A stretch of 64,000 nucleotides of DNA from Epiperipatus broadwayi. Taxonomy: Eukaryota; Animalia; Onychophora. The translations under genes and the position numbers were made by a program. The notes beneath the pieces were generated by a model. The model was not told the DNA's origin, searched no databases, and saw only the letters and a list, made by a program, of their open reading frames with translations. Below are positions 1 to 13,096 of the stretch, piece by piece. Within the stretch, counting starts at the first letter, position 1. Each line of letters opens with the position of its first letter. The DNA is taken from positions 2,542,001-2,606,000 of the forward strand of contig JAQFVV010000011.1 in the NCBI GenBank assembly GCA_028023455.1, given 5' to 3'.

Positions 1-784
1 AAGATAGAAAGAATAAAATAGAATTTTAACATTACACACAATTACTTCTGACTTTGATATTTTTGATTATAACTGTCATCCTTTTTAAAAATTTATAATT
101 TTCAATGGAATATCTGAATTCTCCATCTAATTTTTTTTAAGTCAATATTATTTATATATTTTTATCTTTCCCCTAATGTTGGTTTTCATAAGCTCTTTTA
201 AATGTATCAGTATCATCAATTAATGTACTAGTTCAATGTATCGACCCCACTTAACTTTTATAAAGCTGAAATTATTTCCATCTGGCCAGAAAGCTTGTAG
301 GGTCAGTCTACTTTATGACAAATAGGGTCTGGTCCGTTAGAGTATGAATATTACAAGTAGGCTTAGATTGAAAACATTCATATTTTTCAAACTGGGCTTA
401 TAGTCTGATAATGAAACAGAGAGATAAATGATGACTGATAGAAAAAGGTGTATTAGATCTTAAAAGTTTAGATGCTGGTCCAAAATCCAATGCTCCACAC
501 TAATATAAGCTATAAATTTGAAACTAGTCTCAGATATCAGATATACCAGCACTGAATGGGGATTTATTAGGTAATACAATCTGGTGTTTGTTAGTAAGGT
601 GTACAATACATGATATAGCTGTGGTGGAAAAAGTATGCCACTGATATATCAATAGGCAAGCTGAAATCATGTGATGTATTCATATAAAAGTCAAAATTCT
701 AAATAATGGAATCATTGTCATAATATAGCTGAAAAATAAAAAGTCATACACATGTGCTAAGGCAATATAATATAGTTTTTTTTA

Positions 785-846
785 TATGTCAAAGTGTTGG
801 CTGGGAAGCAAACCCGGGATAACTGCTTGGAAAGCAGCTATGCTAA
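785..846 (-). mobile_element. tRNA-Gly(TCC)-derived SINE, 5'-truncated copy
   Basis: Reverse complement reads TAGCATAGCTGCTTTCCAAGCAGTTATCCCGGGTTTGCTTCCCAGCCAACAC, matching the 3' two-thirds of eukaryotic tRNA-Gly(TCC), followed by TTTGACATAT and an A-rich tail. Six further copies occur in the window. Confidence 0.75.
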
Positions 847-1630
847 TTAAATGATGAAAAATTACAATCAACAACAATAAACAGTAACAGAAATGTCTTC
901 AAATCCCTTATATTACATCTGATATCCAGGTATATAAAATAAACTTCTATTTAAAATAAAGGAAATGATAAATGGTATTTGATATATATATTACCTGTAT
1001 AATCTTCCTCACTCCTGATAAGATATAGTCACATTTCACTAGATGAGTTTTAAAAAATAACTTTAAATGATATATAATGCAGCTAAGAAAGTCAATACAC
1101 TTGAATTCGACATACTAAAGGTTATCAGTTTGACTACTAATTATAAAAACTGAATTTAAAACAGTAGTAAACTTTCTATACAGTAGTGCCATCTACTGCA
1201 AGCCTAATAATTGATGAACACAAAAAGGATGACCATATAATGATTTAAAGGTTTTAAAATTGAATTTATAATAAATAAAGCTTATAATTAATGGTCTAAT
1301 ATTTATTTGTCCAGCTTACATAATGCCAGACTTTATTTGTATGAAATGCTAAGTAAATGTTTAACAATTTAATATTTTAATGAAAACTGTGTTCAGCGTT
1401 AATGTGAGTACTACTTCATTACAAATATGTTCTTGTATTAATACAATTTACATGATTTGTGTACTTTATCTGAGGTTAAGCATAGAGCTACAGATTATGA
1501 ACTTAATGTTCAATTATGTGCTGGATTAAACTCACGATATGCAGATGGTTTTGTTCAATGTTATAAAATTTATTAATTAAAAATAATATGTATATAAATT
1601 TAATGTAAAAAATGTAACTTAATTTAAATA

Positions 1631-2745
1631 TTGAAAATACATTCAACTGTTAGTAATAGCACACAGGTTATTATATGCACAACATATCGAGAGGTATTAC
1701 TCTCCTTTCTTCTTCAAATGATGCTGGCCTGTCCAGTGACAATACTAACAAGGGAAGCAAACCTGGTCCTTAGATTCCTGAATATTGTAATTTTAAGGTA
1801 TTGCTCTAATCAACTAAACTATTCTGACAAACGCAACAGTCAGTAGAAATTTCATATACTTATCTATGAGGTATTTCTTCATTTCTCCACCTTTTCCTAA
1901 AATCAAATTTGATTAGTGGTTTCCATTTTTGTATAGTCACACTAGATTGAATTATGGGGTTGCTCACGATCATAATGTGAGCAGATTCTTTAAATTTTCT
2001 TCTTTGTATCTTTTCTTTCCTATCCAATATTTTTGCATTTTCCCAATTGAACATATGTTCATTGGTACATACATGATCTTCTGCCTTAGATCCATCTGTT
2101 TTCTCTTTTTTAATCATCAGTTTGTGTTCTTGCAATTGTATGAATGTGGAAGAATGTATATTGGTGAGACCAGCGGCCTTATTGAATAGTGATTGCAAGA
2201 ACATAAACAGATGACTAGAAGAGAGAAAACAGATGTGACTAAGGCAGCAGACAGTGTATGTACCAATGAACATATGTTCAACTGGGAAAAATAAAATATT
2301 GTATAGAGAAAAAAAGGTACAAAGAAGAAAATTTAAAGAAGCTGCTCACATGACAATGGCAAATAATCCCATAAGTCAACCCAGGGTGACTATATATAAT
2401 GTATGGGAAACCACTAATGAACTTCACTCTTAGGAAAAAATGGAGAAATGAGGGAAAAAACCTCATAGATAAGTATATGAAATTTTAACTGACTGTTGCC
2501 TTTGGCAGAATAGATCAGTTGGTTGGAGCATTACCTTAAAATTCAATATTCAAGAATCTAAGGGTTCAAGTTTAATTCCATTGCTAGTACTGTCATTAGT
2601 CAGACCAGCAACACCCGAAGAAGAGAGAATAATATTTCTCAAAATGTTGTGCAAATTTTTCTAAAGGCATTTAATACTCATATAAGATGATGGAAATAGT
2701 CCAATATTTAAATACAACTGAAATACCATCATCACAAACTTTAAC
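1631..2745. mobile_element. Penelope-like element (PLE) remnant arranged as a head-to-head fold-back: GIY-YIG 3' end plus family C terminal repeat on each arm
   Basis: ~1676-2135 is the reverse complement of ~2170-2652. Each arm reads GIY-YIG C-terminus, then a tRNA-like segment, then a degenerate hammerhead. Confidence 0.85.
2132..2450 (+). pseudogene. GIY-YIG endonuclease C-terminal region of a PLE (stops and frameshifts)
   Basis: Translates as ECGRMYIGETSGLIE*...LQEHKQMTRREKTDVTKAADSVCTNEHMFNWE...RKFKEAAHMTMANNPISQP. This fits the PLE GIY-YIG pattern (YIGET..R..EH..H.F.W....KR.FKE). The inverted copy is ORF 1860..2273(-). Confidence 0.85.
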
Positions 2746-2757
2746 AAAAACATTAAT

Positions 2758-3493
2758 ATTTGAAAACCAGGCAATCTTCACAAATCTGGAGTTTAATTGT
2801 AAGTATAGGAGAATTGAACTCAGATTTTCAAGCGCCCTTCAACTATTCACACTATCTCATACAACTGAAACACATGACCACACATATGTAGACAAGATAA
2901 ATAATCACCAATATGAGTATTTTGTGCTAAACCAGCACTCATCAGTTGGTCCAGATTATCATCTTCCACATATATATATATATAATCAGTGCTAAGTTTA
3001 TATTAAGATAGGAAATCTTCATATTTTAATGGACAGGCTTCAATATACTCCAACCTCCAACTTTTCAGTCATCCATATCATTGAAAATATGATGATGAAA
3101 AATCCCAATCCCATGCTGATGCCAATATTATTGCCATACCCATGTTGACCTCATGTCACTCTGACCCCTCATGTATAGGACTGTATCCATTTAAATACTT
3201 AGAAGAAGAATGGACAGGGTACAAGCTTGGTTTTCAAATATTTACACATCAAGCTTGTATCCTGCCCATCCCTCTTCTATGTATTTAAATGGATATGGTC
3301 CTATACATGAGGGGTCAGAGTGACATGAGGTCATCATGGACATGGCAATAATATTGGCATCAGCATGGGATTTGAATTTTCATCATCAGATTTTTAATGA
3401 TATGGATGGCTGAAAAGTTGGAGGTTGGAATAGCTTGAAGCCTGTCCATTAAAGTATGAAGATTTTCTATCTTAATATAAACTGAGCACTGAT

Positions 3494-3525
<32 letters not shown>

Positions 3526-3694
3526 GGAGCTGATAATCTGGACCAACTGATGAGTGCTGGTTTAGCACAAAATATGTCTATTAGTGATTATTTATCTTTT
3601 CGACATGTGTGTGGTCATGTGTATCAGTTGTATGAGATAGTGTGAATAGTTGAATGGTGCTTGAAAATCTGGGTTCAAATCCTCTATACTTACA
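2758..3694. mobile_element. Family B fold-back (two ~430 bp diverged inverted arms, 20 bp spacer), each arm with a mutated hammerhead
   Basis: ACAAGCTTG 3221-3229 pairs with CAAGCTTGT 3250-3258, and the arms align out to 2798 and 3694. CTGATGA-GTGCT/AGCAC cores lie at ~2940(-) and 3547(+). A direct repeat AAAAACATTAAT sits at 2746-2757 and 3695-3706. Confidence 0.85.
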
Positions 3695-5464
3695 AAAAAC
3701 ATTAATGTAAAAATGTATTAAATTTAATATTTAATGCAAATAAAACAATAATAACAATCAGTTAATATATATCATTTTCAAATCTAAGCTGATAATTTCA
3801 AATGTTCTACAGACAACTTCAAATCTCCCATTATGTTTAGAAAAAAGCATTAAGCATATAGATATATATTTGTTATAAGTACACAAATGTTGACTATGGT
3901 TTCATATCAAATTCATAAACTTTTAATGTAGCTTTATCTTAAAGAAAGAAAATTTTTAATGAAGTCAGTAACTTACAAGAAGAATAGAATAAAAGACCAT
4001 AGATTAATTGTAAAAAAAATTATTTTGCTTATCTTTCAATTTTTTTAAAAAAATAGTTTTAATTTATATACGAATTTTCTAAAATCATTTAATTTAAATT
4101 ATAGATTTGGATATGCACTTTATATATATAATTTAAATTTGGAATTCAAATTGTAATGTGATTAACATTTCAAAAAAAAAAAAGTAGAGATCAAGATATA
4201 TATAGAGATAGAAAAATGTTCAAATAAAGTATTAAAGTGGTTACCATATTAGAAAAATAAGAGGCTGTGAAAAGAACGTGAGAGCCAAGGATGTTACTTT
4301 TAACATAATCTTTATTAATGAAGTATGTGGTTACATAATTTATACTAGCTTAGGTGTATAGTACCTATTACATATATACATTAGTTTGTATTAAGGGAAT
4401 TAACAGTGCATGCAAATATATATATATATGTTTTTTATATAAGATTCAAAGAGAATTATAAATAATTAGAAAAAAATATATAAACAAGTAGTGGAGATTT
4501 AATTGGAATATAAACTGTGCTGTTAAATTTAAACTGCTTTCATGGGTTAGTGTTCAATTGGGTAGCTGATGAAAATTTTAAAGAGTACATGATATACAGA
4601 ATATCATCCTAAGTTCAATATTCATAAATCTATTTGTTCAGTTTTTTTCTGTTAGCTGGCACTGTTCAGTAACACTTGAAAAAGAGAAAAAGAAAAGAGT
4701 CCAAATATTGTATCTTTTGCTAAGTTGTAGTTATTATTAATAGCTAAATTTAGTTGAAAAATGTAAACGATTTGAATTAAAAAAAAAAAAATTAACTATT
4801 TATCTAGATAATAGAAATAGTTCAAAATATATTACGAATAAAAAATCACAGCACCAATTATATAAATGTGTGTGCATATATATATATATCATTCTCCAAC
4901 AAAAATGTGTTGCAACGGAGTAATGTATTACTTTTTAATTAGTTCACGCTACAAATTAAATTACTTATTTGATTATTGTATTTATATCATGTTAAAACAT
5001 ATTTAAAAAAGAAATCGGATTGATTTTCAGGGGAAAAAATTCGAAATACAATAATCTCTAACATATTTGAAAGAAAAGTTATTATAAATAAATCAAATGC
5101 ATGTGTAAGTACATTGTTATATCTAATTAAAAATAAAATAGATTTGCATTTAATTAATATTCGCAGTAGGTATTTATAATTCAACTTGCAGCAGAAACTT
5201 AATTTTGTTATTAAACAAAAAAAACCGACATACATCTATTAGAAAAAATGTTTTTACTGGAAGTAAAAACAAGGGATTGTAATTTAGAAATAAATTGAAT
5301 ATTTAAAAATTCAGAATTTATAAATAATTTAAGGATGATTATTATAGTAATGACAACGTATCAAATTTTTTTAAAATAATAATTGTTAAAATATATATAT
5401 TTAATTTGTTAATGATAAATAAACACAAAAGGGCTTATTATTATGAACCTATGTTGACCTCTCT

Positions 5465-5620
5465 CTTTATTAATGCTCTAGCACTAATTCTAATTTTTTG
5501 TGTGTTTTCGCGTACTTTTTTATCACTTAGATATGTCAGACGACGTTTTTGGTCATTTTTGAAATTCAAAATGGTGGAGATCGTTTACTAAATTAGCACC
5601 AGAAAATCAGTTACGCTAGA
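5465..5620. repeat. Unclassified dispersed repeat (family F)
   Basis: TACTTTTTTATCACTTAGAT.TGTCAGACGACGTTTTT...GAAATTCAAAATGG recurs at 30065-30250, where it forms an inverted pair. Confidence 0.55.
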
Positions 5621-6349
5621 TGGCAGGTCTGTTGTTATGATTTTTTTCTGACTGATTGTTTTTTTTTCTGGTAGGAGAATTGATTATAAAATCAACCTGC
5701 TTTATAATTAATTATTTCCATATATTAATTCGGCACCGTTCATTTTTTGAGAAAAATGTGGCAAATATTACGACATTATTTTTCCCATCTTATATTAAAT
5801 AAAATAAAAATATCCAAAATAAAAAAATCAAGAAAAAATGTAAAATAGTCAAGTACTATAAACAGCATCTCATGACTATCAACTGCTCCCAAAAAATAGT
5901 TATTTTCACTCAACTCTTGGATGTACTATAAACATAATATATTCCTTGATAAAGATCATTTCACAAGATAACTGATAAGAAGTAGGATGATGACAACCAG
6001 ATTTGGAAGTATGTAATAAATACATGAACATAAGATATTGTTAGTATTAATCTTCCTAGTAAAAAAGAAAATGAGTCTACAGTTATAGAATTGAGATATC
6101 TTAAATATATAAAAACTGACGAGATGTCAGATGTATATCATATGCAAATGAATTGCCTTTAAAACTTTAGGATTTTTTGTTTTAATTTCAGAATATTAGC
6201 CTGAATAGTAAAAAGGAATAGAATATGGCTAATAAATGCATTAGATTCAGCATTAAATCATTTATTGCTAACAAAAAACCTCAAAACCAGTCTGAAGATG
6301 GACAGTTTTCATTGATCACTCAAACTTATAATAGATACCTCTAGAGAAG

Positions 6350-7020
6350 AGTGAAGGCAACTGCAATTTGAAAGTGTATGAATAAAGAAATGAGAGTTAT
6401 GTAATGTTGCTACTATTAACTTTTCTAGCCAATGGTTAGAAGGTGATCTACAATTATTATAGAATTATTATCTCTAAAACATACAGGAAATTGCCTGATG
6501 TTACACCTATATAACTATGTAAGTGAGTGAACTGGATTAAAAATCTTAGAGGTTTTACATTTTGGATTATTAGCTTTAATAATACAAAAGAAGTATAAAT
6601 ACATTATATATAGCTTTAAATGCTAGTCTTCAAGATGAAGATAAGCCAGAGGCAAATCTGAAGTTGAGAATTTTATAACACTATATTATCTGGCATTGCC
6701 TATTTAATATTGCAGTAGATAGTTCTAAAGTTATAACTGATTTTGATAGATAAAGCATTATGCTAGAGATGCAATTTTCTCATCAACTATGTCTAAAATG
6801 TAATTAGCATCTTATCTAACGAAGTTGCTTAATAGTTCAAGAACAAATTATGTTATGGTCATAAAGATAAAATATAATCAAATTCTAAGCTTTACAATAT
6901 AAAAAAATTGCAAAAAAATAACATTGAGTGTTTATTTGTAGGAAATATGAGAATTAAGATTCTGCTATTAAAAAGATATGAAATTGAAAAAGCAAAATGA
7001 ATTATTTTAGGTAATACTTA
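6350..7020 (+). pseudogene. Highly degraded non-LTR reverse transcriptase remnant (possibly RTE-like)
   Basis: Only fragments are visible: CLFNIAVD (~6700) and a possible (N)EFKYLG-like remnant (~7000). Many stops. Confidence 0.35.
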
Positions 7021-7315
7021 ACAAGAGAAAAAAGGCAGTAGTATGATTTTAAAAATTGTATGTCAGTCATAAAATATTATGTGTAAAGCAGATGCAAACT
7101 CTCCATAGTAGTGCCACCTAGTACAAGTCTTGGTAACTAATGGATGCAAGAATGTTTGTGTGTAATACTTAACAAGAGAAAAAAGGCAGTAGTAGGATTT
7201 TAAAAATTGTATGTCAGTCATAAAATATTATGTGTAAAGCAGAAGCAAACCCTCCACAGTAGTGCCACCTAGTGCAAGTCTTGGTAACTAATGGATGCAA
7301 GAAGGTTTGTGTGTA
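7011..7315. repeat. Near-identical 151 bp tandem duplication spanning the junction into a family A element
   Basis: GTAATACTTAACAAGAGAAAAAAGGCAG... starts at 7011 and again at 7162. Confidence 0.9.
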
Positions 7316-7705
7316 AAATCAAAGACACCAAAATCTATAGATATTGAACTGAAATCAGATTTATATGACTGCAAGTGAATGATCTTGGATTGAAAAAATC
7401 GTGTTTTCATTCTGGACTCATATCTTTATTGTTAATTAAAAAGGTAAAACATGGCTTCTAGAGGGTTGCATTAAATTCTAAGATCTAAGTACAATGTTCT
7501 CATATACAACGCTCCTAACTGATGAAAGCCACAAGCTAGAAATTAGCATAGAGATACTGGATGAGTAAGACACTGGATAGAGATTTTATGCCCAAACCTT
7601 CTTGCATCCATTGATTACTAAAGCTTTCACTGAGGGGTATTACTATGTGAAGAGTTTATTACTGTTTTAATAGCTTGTGTAAGCATAGCAAATGGTCATG
7701 TGAGA
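7094..7705. mobile_element. Family A fold-back, old copy; hammerhead at ~7509-7565(+) is mutated
   Basis: Reverse arm 7245-7315 (duplicated at 7094-7165) and forward arm 7316-7705. The core reads CTGATGA AAGCCACAAGCTA GAAA TTAG CA. Confidence 0.75.
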
Positions 7706-8170
7706 ATACTGGCTAATAAAATTGACCATCTTTGAAAGTATAAAGTCAAACCAAATTAATATAAAATAATTTGAAGAGAAATAATAATGTAGATAGACAT
7801 AAATGGATTACATAATTTGGAAACATTAAGAGAGTAGAGGTAGGTAAACTTCTAGACAAAATAATGAAGTAAATATCATATAAAAAAAAATTGATACTTC
7901 AGACTAAATTGGTAAAATAATGTGAACGAAACTACAAAAAGAAAAATATATGAGAAGTATAAACAAGAATGATAATTAGGTGCAAAAATATAGCCACAAT
8001 TGTAAAATTCAACAGGAAGAAACATTTAATTTGACAGGGATTATTTTCTCTCACTGAGTTCAAAAGTTGAAAAAATAATAGATGCTGCCACTTTTTAATT
8101 AATCCAGAACAGCTATAACATTGTTTACAAATGTACAGACTACAATCATATATAATACTACTTTAATAAA

Positions 8171-8407
8171 ACATCACATGATCACCATTTAAATAAAAGA
8201 TGGCTGCTGGAAAGTTGCATTAGATCCTTAGATCTAGGTGCAGCACTCTTAGATCTAAAGCTCCTGACCGATGAAAGCCACAAGCTAGAAAATAGTCTGG
8301 GAATATTGGATAAGCAGGTACTAGATGGGAATTTTATGCACAAACCTTCATGCATCCATTGATCACTAAGGCTACTGTATGAAAAGTTTGCTATTGTTAA
8401 TAATACC
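8171..8407 (+). mobile_element. Family A copy with only the ~20 nt 3' tail inverted at its left end; mutated hammerhead
   Basis: ACATCACATGATCACCATTT is followed by forward family A sequence. The core reads CCGATGA...GAAAATAGTC. Confidence 0.8.
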
Positions 8408-9454
8408 ATTCCTAAGAAAAGTATTTGTTTTATATATCACTTCAAATTTAATTTTCTAAATTATACATATTATTTATAATAACATTAAAAATATTTGTAT
8501 AAAATAGAAAAATAAAATTATTTTTGTTTAGTTGATTCATTTCTTACAATTAGTTATTATAATGAATTAAATTTGCTTTTTATTTTTAGTGTTGTCATTA
8601 GTTACAGTAAGTTTCATAAAGCAAAATTTGTCATTTAAAAAAGTTGAAACAAAAATTACAGCCATTTAGACTACAAGCAGTATAAGATACTGCTAAATGA
8701 GAAAAGGATATAAAATTTACACAATGTGAGGTAAATTCAAACTAATTTGATTTTTTTCAAAAGAGAAGCATATCTAGATATTGAGGTGAACACCTACACT
8801 CAACTTAATAAAATAATATGAAATTAGGTATTTGAAAATTGATAGTGGTATTAAATAGTGCTTGTAACAATTGAGGATTAAATGTAAAATGAGGATGCTG
8901 ACATTGTGCTTAGACTTTTTGTTGCAGACATACATAAAGTATATTAAATTTACAATTGTATGTATTTACTAATTAATACATTACTTAATTGTTTAGCATG
9001 CACAATATATGACTAAAAAAACCAATTCTCTAAACTAGTGTTAGCAATAGATAGCTTGAGTAATCAATAATTACCAGATGAAAGCATCTTTATCCTCAGC
9101 CAATTTCTATTTAAGTAAGTTGGCTTGAGTTCAAAAATTGTTTGAAATTTTAAGCTTTTAGCTTTAATGGTTAAATAGACTTCTAAATTGCTACTTGCAT
9201 CACTTCTTGATGTGGAATTCCAAATCTTCATTGATAAAAAGTAAAAACCAGAAATTCAGTTTGAGAATGGGGTTGTAAATGAATTACTATCCGGTTATCA
9301 ATGATTACTCATGATTAGTTATAGATATTTTTTGTTTTATTACATACATTTATAACAATGTAAGATAAAAATACAAAGCAGAGCGAGTCTTTTACTCAAC
9401 CCTTGTCATACTATTTTTACATAAGGAGAGAAGACATACATATATAAATACATA

Positions 9455-9562
9455 AAGGTAGGTAGGTAGATAGATGGATGGGTGAGTGGATAGGTAGGTA
9501 AGAAGAAAGGTGGTAGGAAAGTAAGTAGGTAGATAGATGGAAAAATAAGTAAGTGGTGGGTG
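9455..9562. repeat. Degenerate tetranucleotide microsatellite (GGTA/GATA/GATG)
   Basis: AGGTAGGTAGGTAGATAGATGGATGGG... seen directly. Confidence 0.8.
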
Positions 9563-10222
9563 GGCTGGAAAATTTTAAAAAAATTAGCACAATTACATAT
9601 ATTTTATTGCAATCCATTATTAAAAATAGAATTAACTATAATGAAATATTGCAATTCTAAAAGTGGTATATAATATGCTCTCAAAATTACATCCTAGCAT
9701 TTATGCTTGTTTTTTTTTTTTATATTGAAACTCATATGTGTAATATATTTAAATTCCTTCTTACCTTCAGCTTCTTATCATTTATAATAATGGCTGTCAT
9801 GATGAAGCTATCTTTCATTTTAACATCAAATATTTTTCAAATATCTTAAAAAATATATAATACCTAATCCTTATTACAAATAATTTACTCTTTCTTCTTC
9901 TTTGTTTTATTGTTTGTTAATTCATGAGCAATATGTGTTGGCTTTTGACTCTGATATAAACAATAATTAAAAATAAATTGAATTATTATTATTATTATTT
10001 CTATTCATTCTCATAAGCATAACATTGTAGCTGTTTCTGTCCTTTTTTGTGTGTGTATTCATACATGCCATACTAATGTGCTTAAATTGTTTCATTTATG
10101 CTGTCCTATTTGTACAATCAGATTATTATTACTTTAATTATTTTAATTTAAAGTCTAAACAATTTTATAAGGTTCTTAATATTTAAGTATCATTTTTGAT
10201 TACTCTTGTTTTATCTTATGTA

Positions 10223-11084
10223 TATTCGAGAGGAAATCCAAAAGTAATTGGAATTGTATAATAAAAAATTGTTTATTTATCTTTAAGTGTTATAAATCTA
10301 ATCTCATTCAAAGTATTAAATGTGTTTTTCAATTTTCAATGTAGTCCAGAAACACTTACAAAGTGAAACTTTTTAATGCCTGCTTCATTTTTTTCTCATC
10401 ACATTTAAATCAGTAAAAAAAAAGTTGAGGCATTTTTTCATTTGAGAGAATAAAAAGAAGTCTCATGGTTAGAGATTGAGTGAATATGACTGATAACATA
10501 TAGCACACTTAAGACTGCTTACAGAGGAATTTTCATGGTGAAGCTTGCACTCTCAACCTTGCCACAAAATGGGCTGTTTACATTTTACCACATCACGCTA
10601 ATGGTTCAGAACTTGTAGATAAAATGTCTGACCATCATGAACTAATTTTGAAAAAAGAAATGCTGTTTGCATTAATTAAAAAAAATATCAGCATTATTTT
10701 GACATTGGACTTCACTCGCCATGCTTTTTTGGGACATGGTGAATTTGGCAATTTTATTAAATCATTGTAAACTTGTTTTCTCCAGAACAGATTTCTTGTA
10801 ATCTGTTTCAAGCATTACACTTTTTTTCTACCATTTTCCCTAAAAGAAAACAGAATTTCACATTATTCCAACTTTTCAGCCTTTACAAATAATTGACAAA
10901 TACCTGAAATGCACGTTACAAAAAAGATGTGCCACATGGCACCACAATTTCACATGGCAACATAATTTGGTAGACTGATGCAAAAGATTCACCACAAGAT
11001 ATATGTGACTGTAGAAGCATTTAAAACAACAGGTGCAGTTACCAGAGAATAATTCCTGTTATTTTTGGGTCACACCCCCTCGTA
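10223..11084 (-). mobile_element. Internally deleted mariner (Tc1/mariner) DNA transposon
   Basis: Imperfect TIRs: TATTCGAGAGGAAATCCAAAAGTAATTGGAATT and AATTCCTGTTATTTTTGGGTCACACCCCCTCGTA. The minus strand 10500-10760 gives SPCPKKAWRVKSNVKIMLIFF and GQT.FYLQVL...QPILWQG...LHHEN, typical mariner transposase motifs. Confidence 0.85.
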
Positions 11085-11432
11085 TATTATCACTTTTCTT
11101 TAATCATATGTAATATTTATATATAATAGTAGTTATAGTTGACTATTAGTTGCTAAGCAATTAAATAAATTAATTGAATTCTTCTTCTTCTTACTACTAC
11201 TACTACTACTACTGCTGTTGCTTCTTCTACTGCTACTGCTACTACTACTATTATTATTATTAAAGATCATAAGGTTTATATCTATCTCAATAATGGATCT
11301 TTGCTTTATGCTATATATGCATGTAGTATTATGATTGTTACCTGTGTAGAATAGTGTGTTAAATCTTTTCTAATCAATATTTTTGGGATTAATTTTGTAA
11401 ATGGCTTTAACTCTCTCTCTCTAACCACTACT

Positions 11433-11870
11433 TTTAACATTATTTTGCTGATTTACCATTACTTTATTAAGAAAACCATACTGAATAATCTTTAGAATAT
11501 TTTTACAACTAATAAATTAATACAACAATGAGATAAGAACCTGCTTTTGCTCTGATTGGTTGTTTCTTGTTCTCGACACAAGAGAATGCATGTCATCAAT
11601 TTTGACAGTTCCAATATATTCATTTTGGTTTTTAAAGTAGAATTTTTTAACATTATTTTACTGATTTTAGTGTTATTTTATTGAGACAACTCTACCAAAT
11701 AATCTTTATAATCTTTTTACAACTAACAAATCAATATAACAATGATAAGAGTCTCAATATCTGCTGTCTTCCAAGGTGCTGATTGGTTGTTTCTTATTCT
11801 CTACACAAGAGTGCATGCTAAAATTTTGACAGTTCCAATATCTTCATTTTGATTTTGAAAGTGAAAATGT
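11433..11870. repeat. Diverged ~215 bp tandem duplication
   Basis: TTTAACATTATTTT.CTGATTT...CTGATTGGTTGTTTCTT.TTCTC.ACACAAGAG...TTTTGACAGTTCCAATAT occurs twice in tandem. Confidence 0.8.
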
Positions 11871-12059
11871 ATGTTTTAGAAATAATTTTGTCATATCTTC
11901 ATTTTGATTTTCAATGTGAAAACATGTTTTAACATCATTTTTATACATTTAAAATATTTGTAAAAATATAAATTATTTTAGAAAAATGATTCAGATTCTA
12001 ATGGAAAAATGTACTTTTATACTAAAGCAAATTGACAATGAAATTATAACATTCGGCTG

Positions 12060-12318
12060 CTATTTTAATGATCTGAAAATGATGTACCCTGGTGGAATAG
12101 TGAAGGTGAGAATTCAAGTTCTGAAAGTGAAGATGTAGAAAATGAAAGTACTGTAATCTGATGAAAAGTTGCATTAAACTAAGTGAGCTTATTTTATTTA
12201 TATTAGTTCCTATTTAAGTACATATATGTGTCTTAAATTCATGAGTAAATATTTTTTCCAATTTTTCCAACTGTGACATAAATTTGGGGGCATCTTATAC
12301 TTGAGGTAATATGGTATA
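12060..12318. mobile_element. Possible terminus of a pogo/Tigger-like DNA transposon
   Basis: Ends AAATTTGGGGGCATCTTATACTTGAGGTAATATGGTA, resembling pogo-type TIR ends. No partner TIR seen. Confidence 0.35.
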
Positions 12319-13096
12319 TATATATTTATAAAATCTATAATAACTTTTGAATAAAACAATTATATATTTGTTAAAACATAATTCTGATAAGATAGTTTTT
12401 AATTGTATAATAAAATTAAAAGAAAAGTTGTCCCTTTCTTATTTTTTATATTATTAAGTTAAATTGTAATTTAAATATAAACAATAATTAATAAATAAGT
12501 TATGTTACTTTTTTATTTATTAAGTAAACAAAGTACCCCCCCCCCTGGTTTTTTTCTTTCAAAGATAGAAGTATATTAGTTTGCTAGTAAAAACTAAGTT
12601 TTAAGGTTTATTTTTCTTTACATTTTTTCTTCTATATTGTAGAAACAGAATTAGTTTTCTGATAAAAGCAAAAAGAAATTGAGAGGAGGGATGTAGGACT
12701 AAAAATTACCAAACAAAACCTCAGAATATTTCTGTAGTAAAATGATTATTTACCTTTCACAAGATGTTAAAAGTAGATAGAAACTAGTCCCTACCTTACA
12801 GTGAGAGTAGTGTATTGGGACAATATTCATCTGCCAACATACTAAGGTGCATAGTAGTGAGAGTGAATGGGCTAAGTTTCTGCACAGATGGATGTTTGCC
12901 ATAAGATGAAGTTGAGATGAGGATGATAAAAATAAAAACTTCTCAAAGCTAAAGTTAGTTTGTTGTTAATAAAAAGCTTCCCTTTTTCTTTTTTGCTCAA
13001 ATCTCTATAAGAAATAAAATAACTTTTTATTAAGTCAGAAATTACTATATTCTTTAAAACTTATATTACAAACTTTAAAATTCATCACATGATCAC

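Noticed and set aside
270-700. Possible decayed LINE fragment at the window start
   Set aside because: No diagnostic motif could be read in a single frame.
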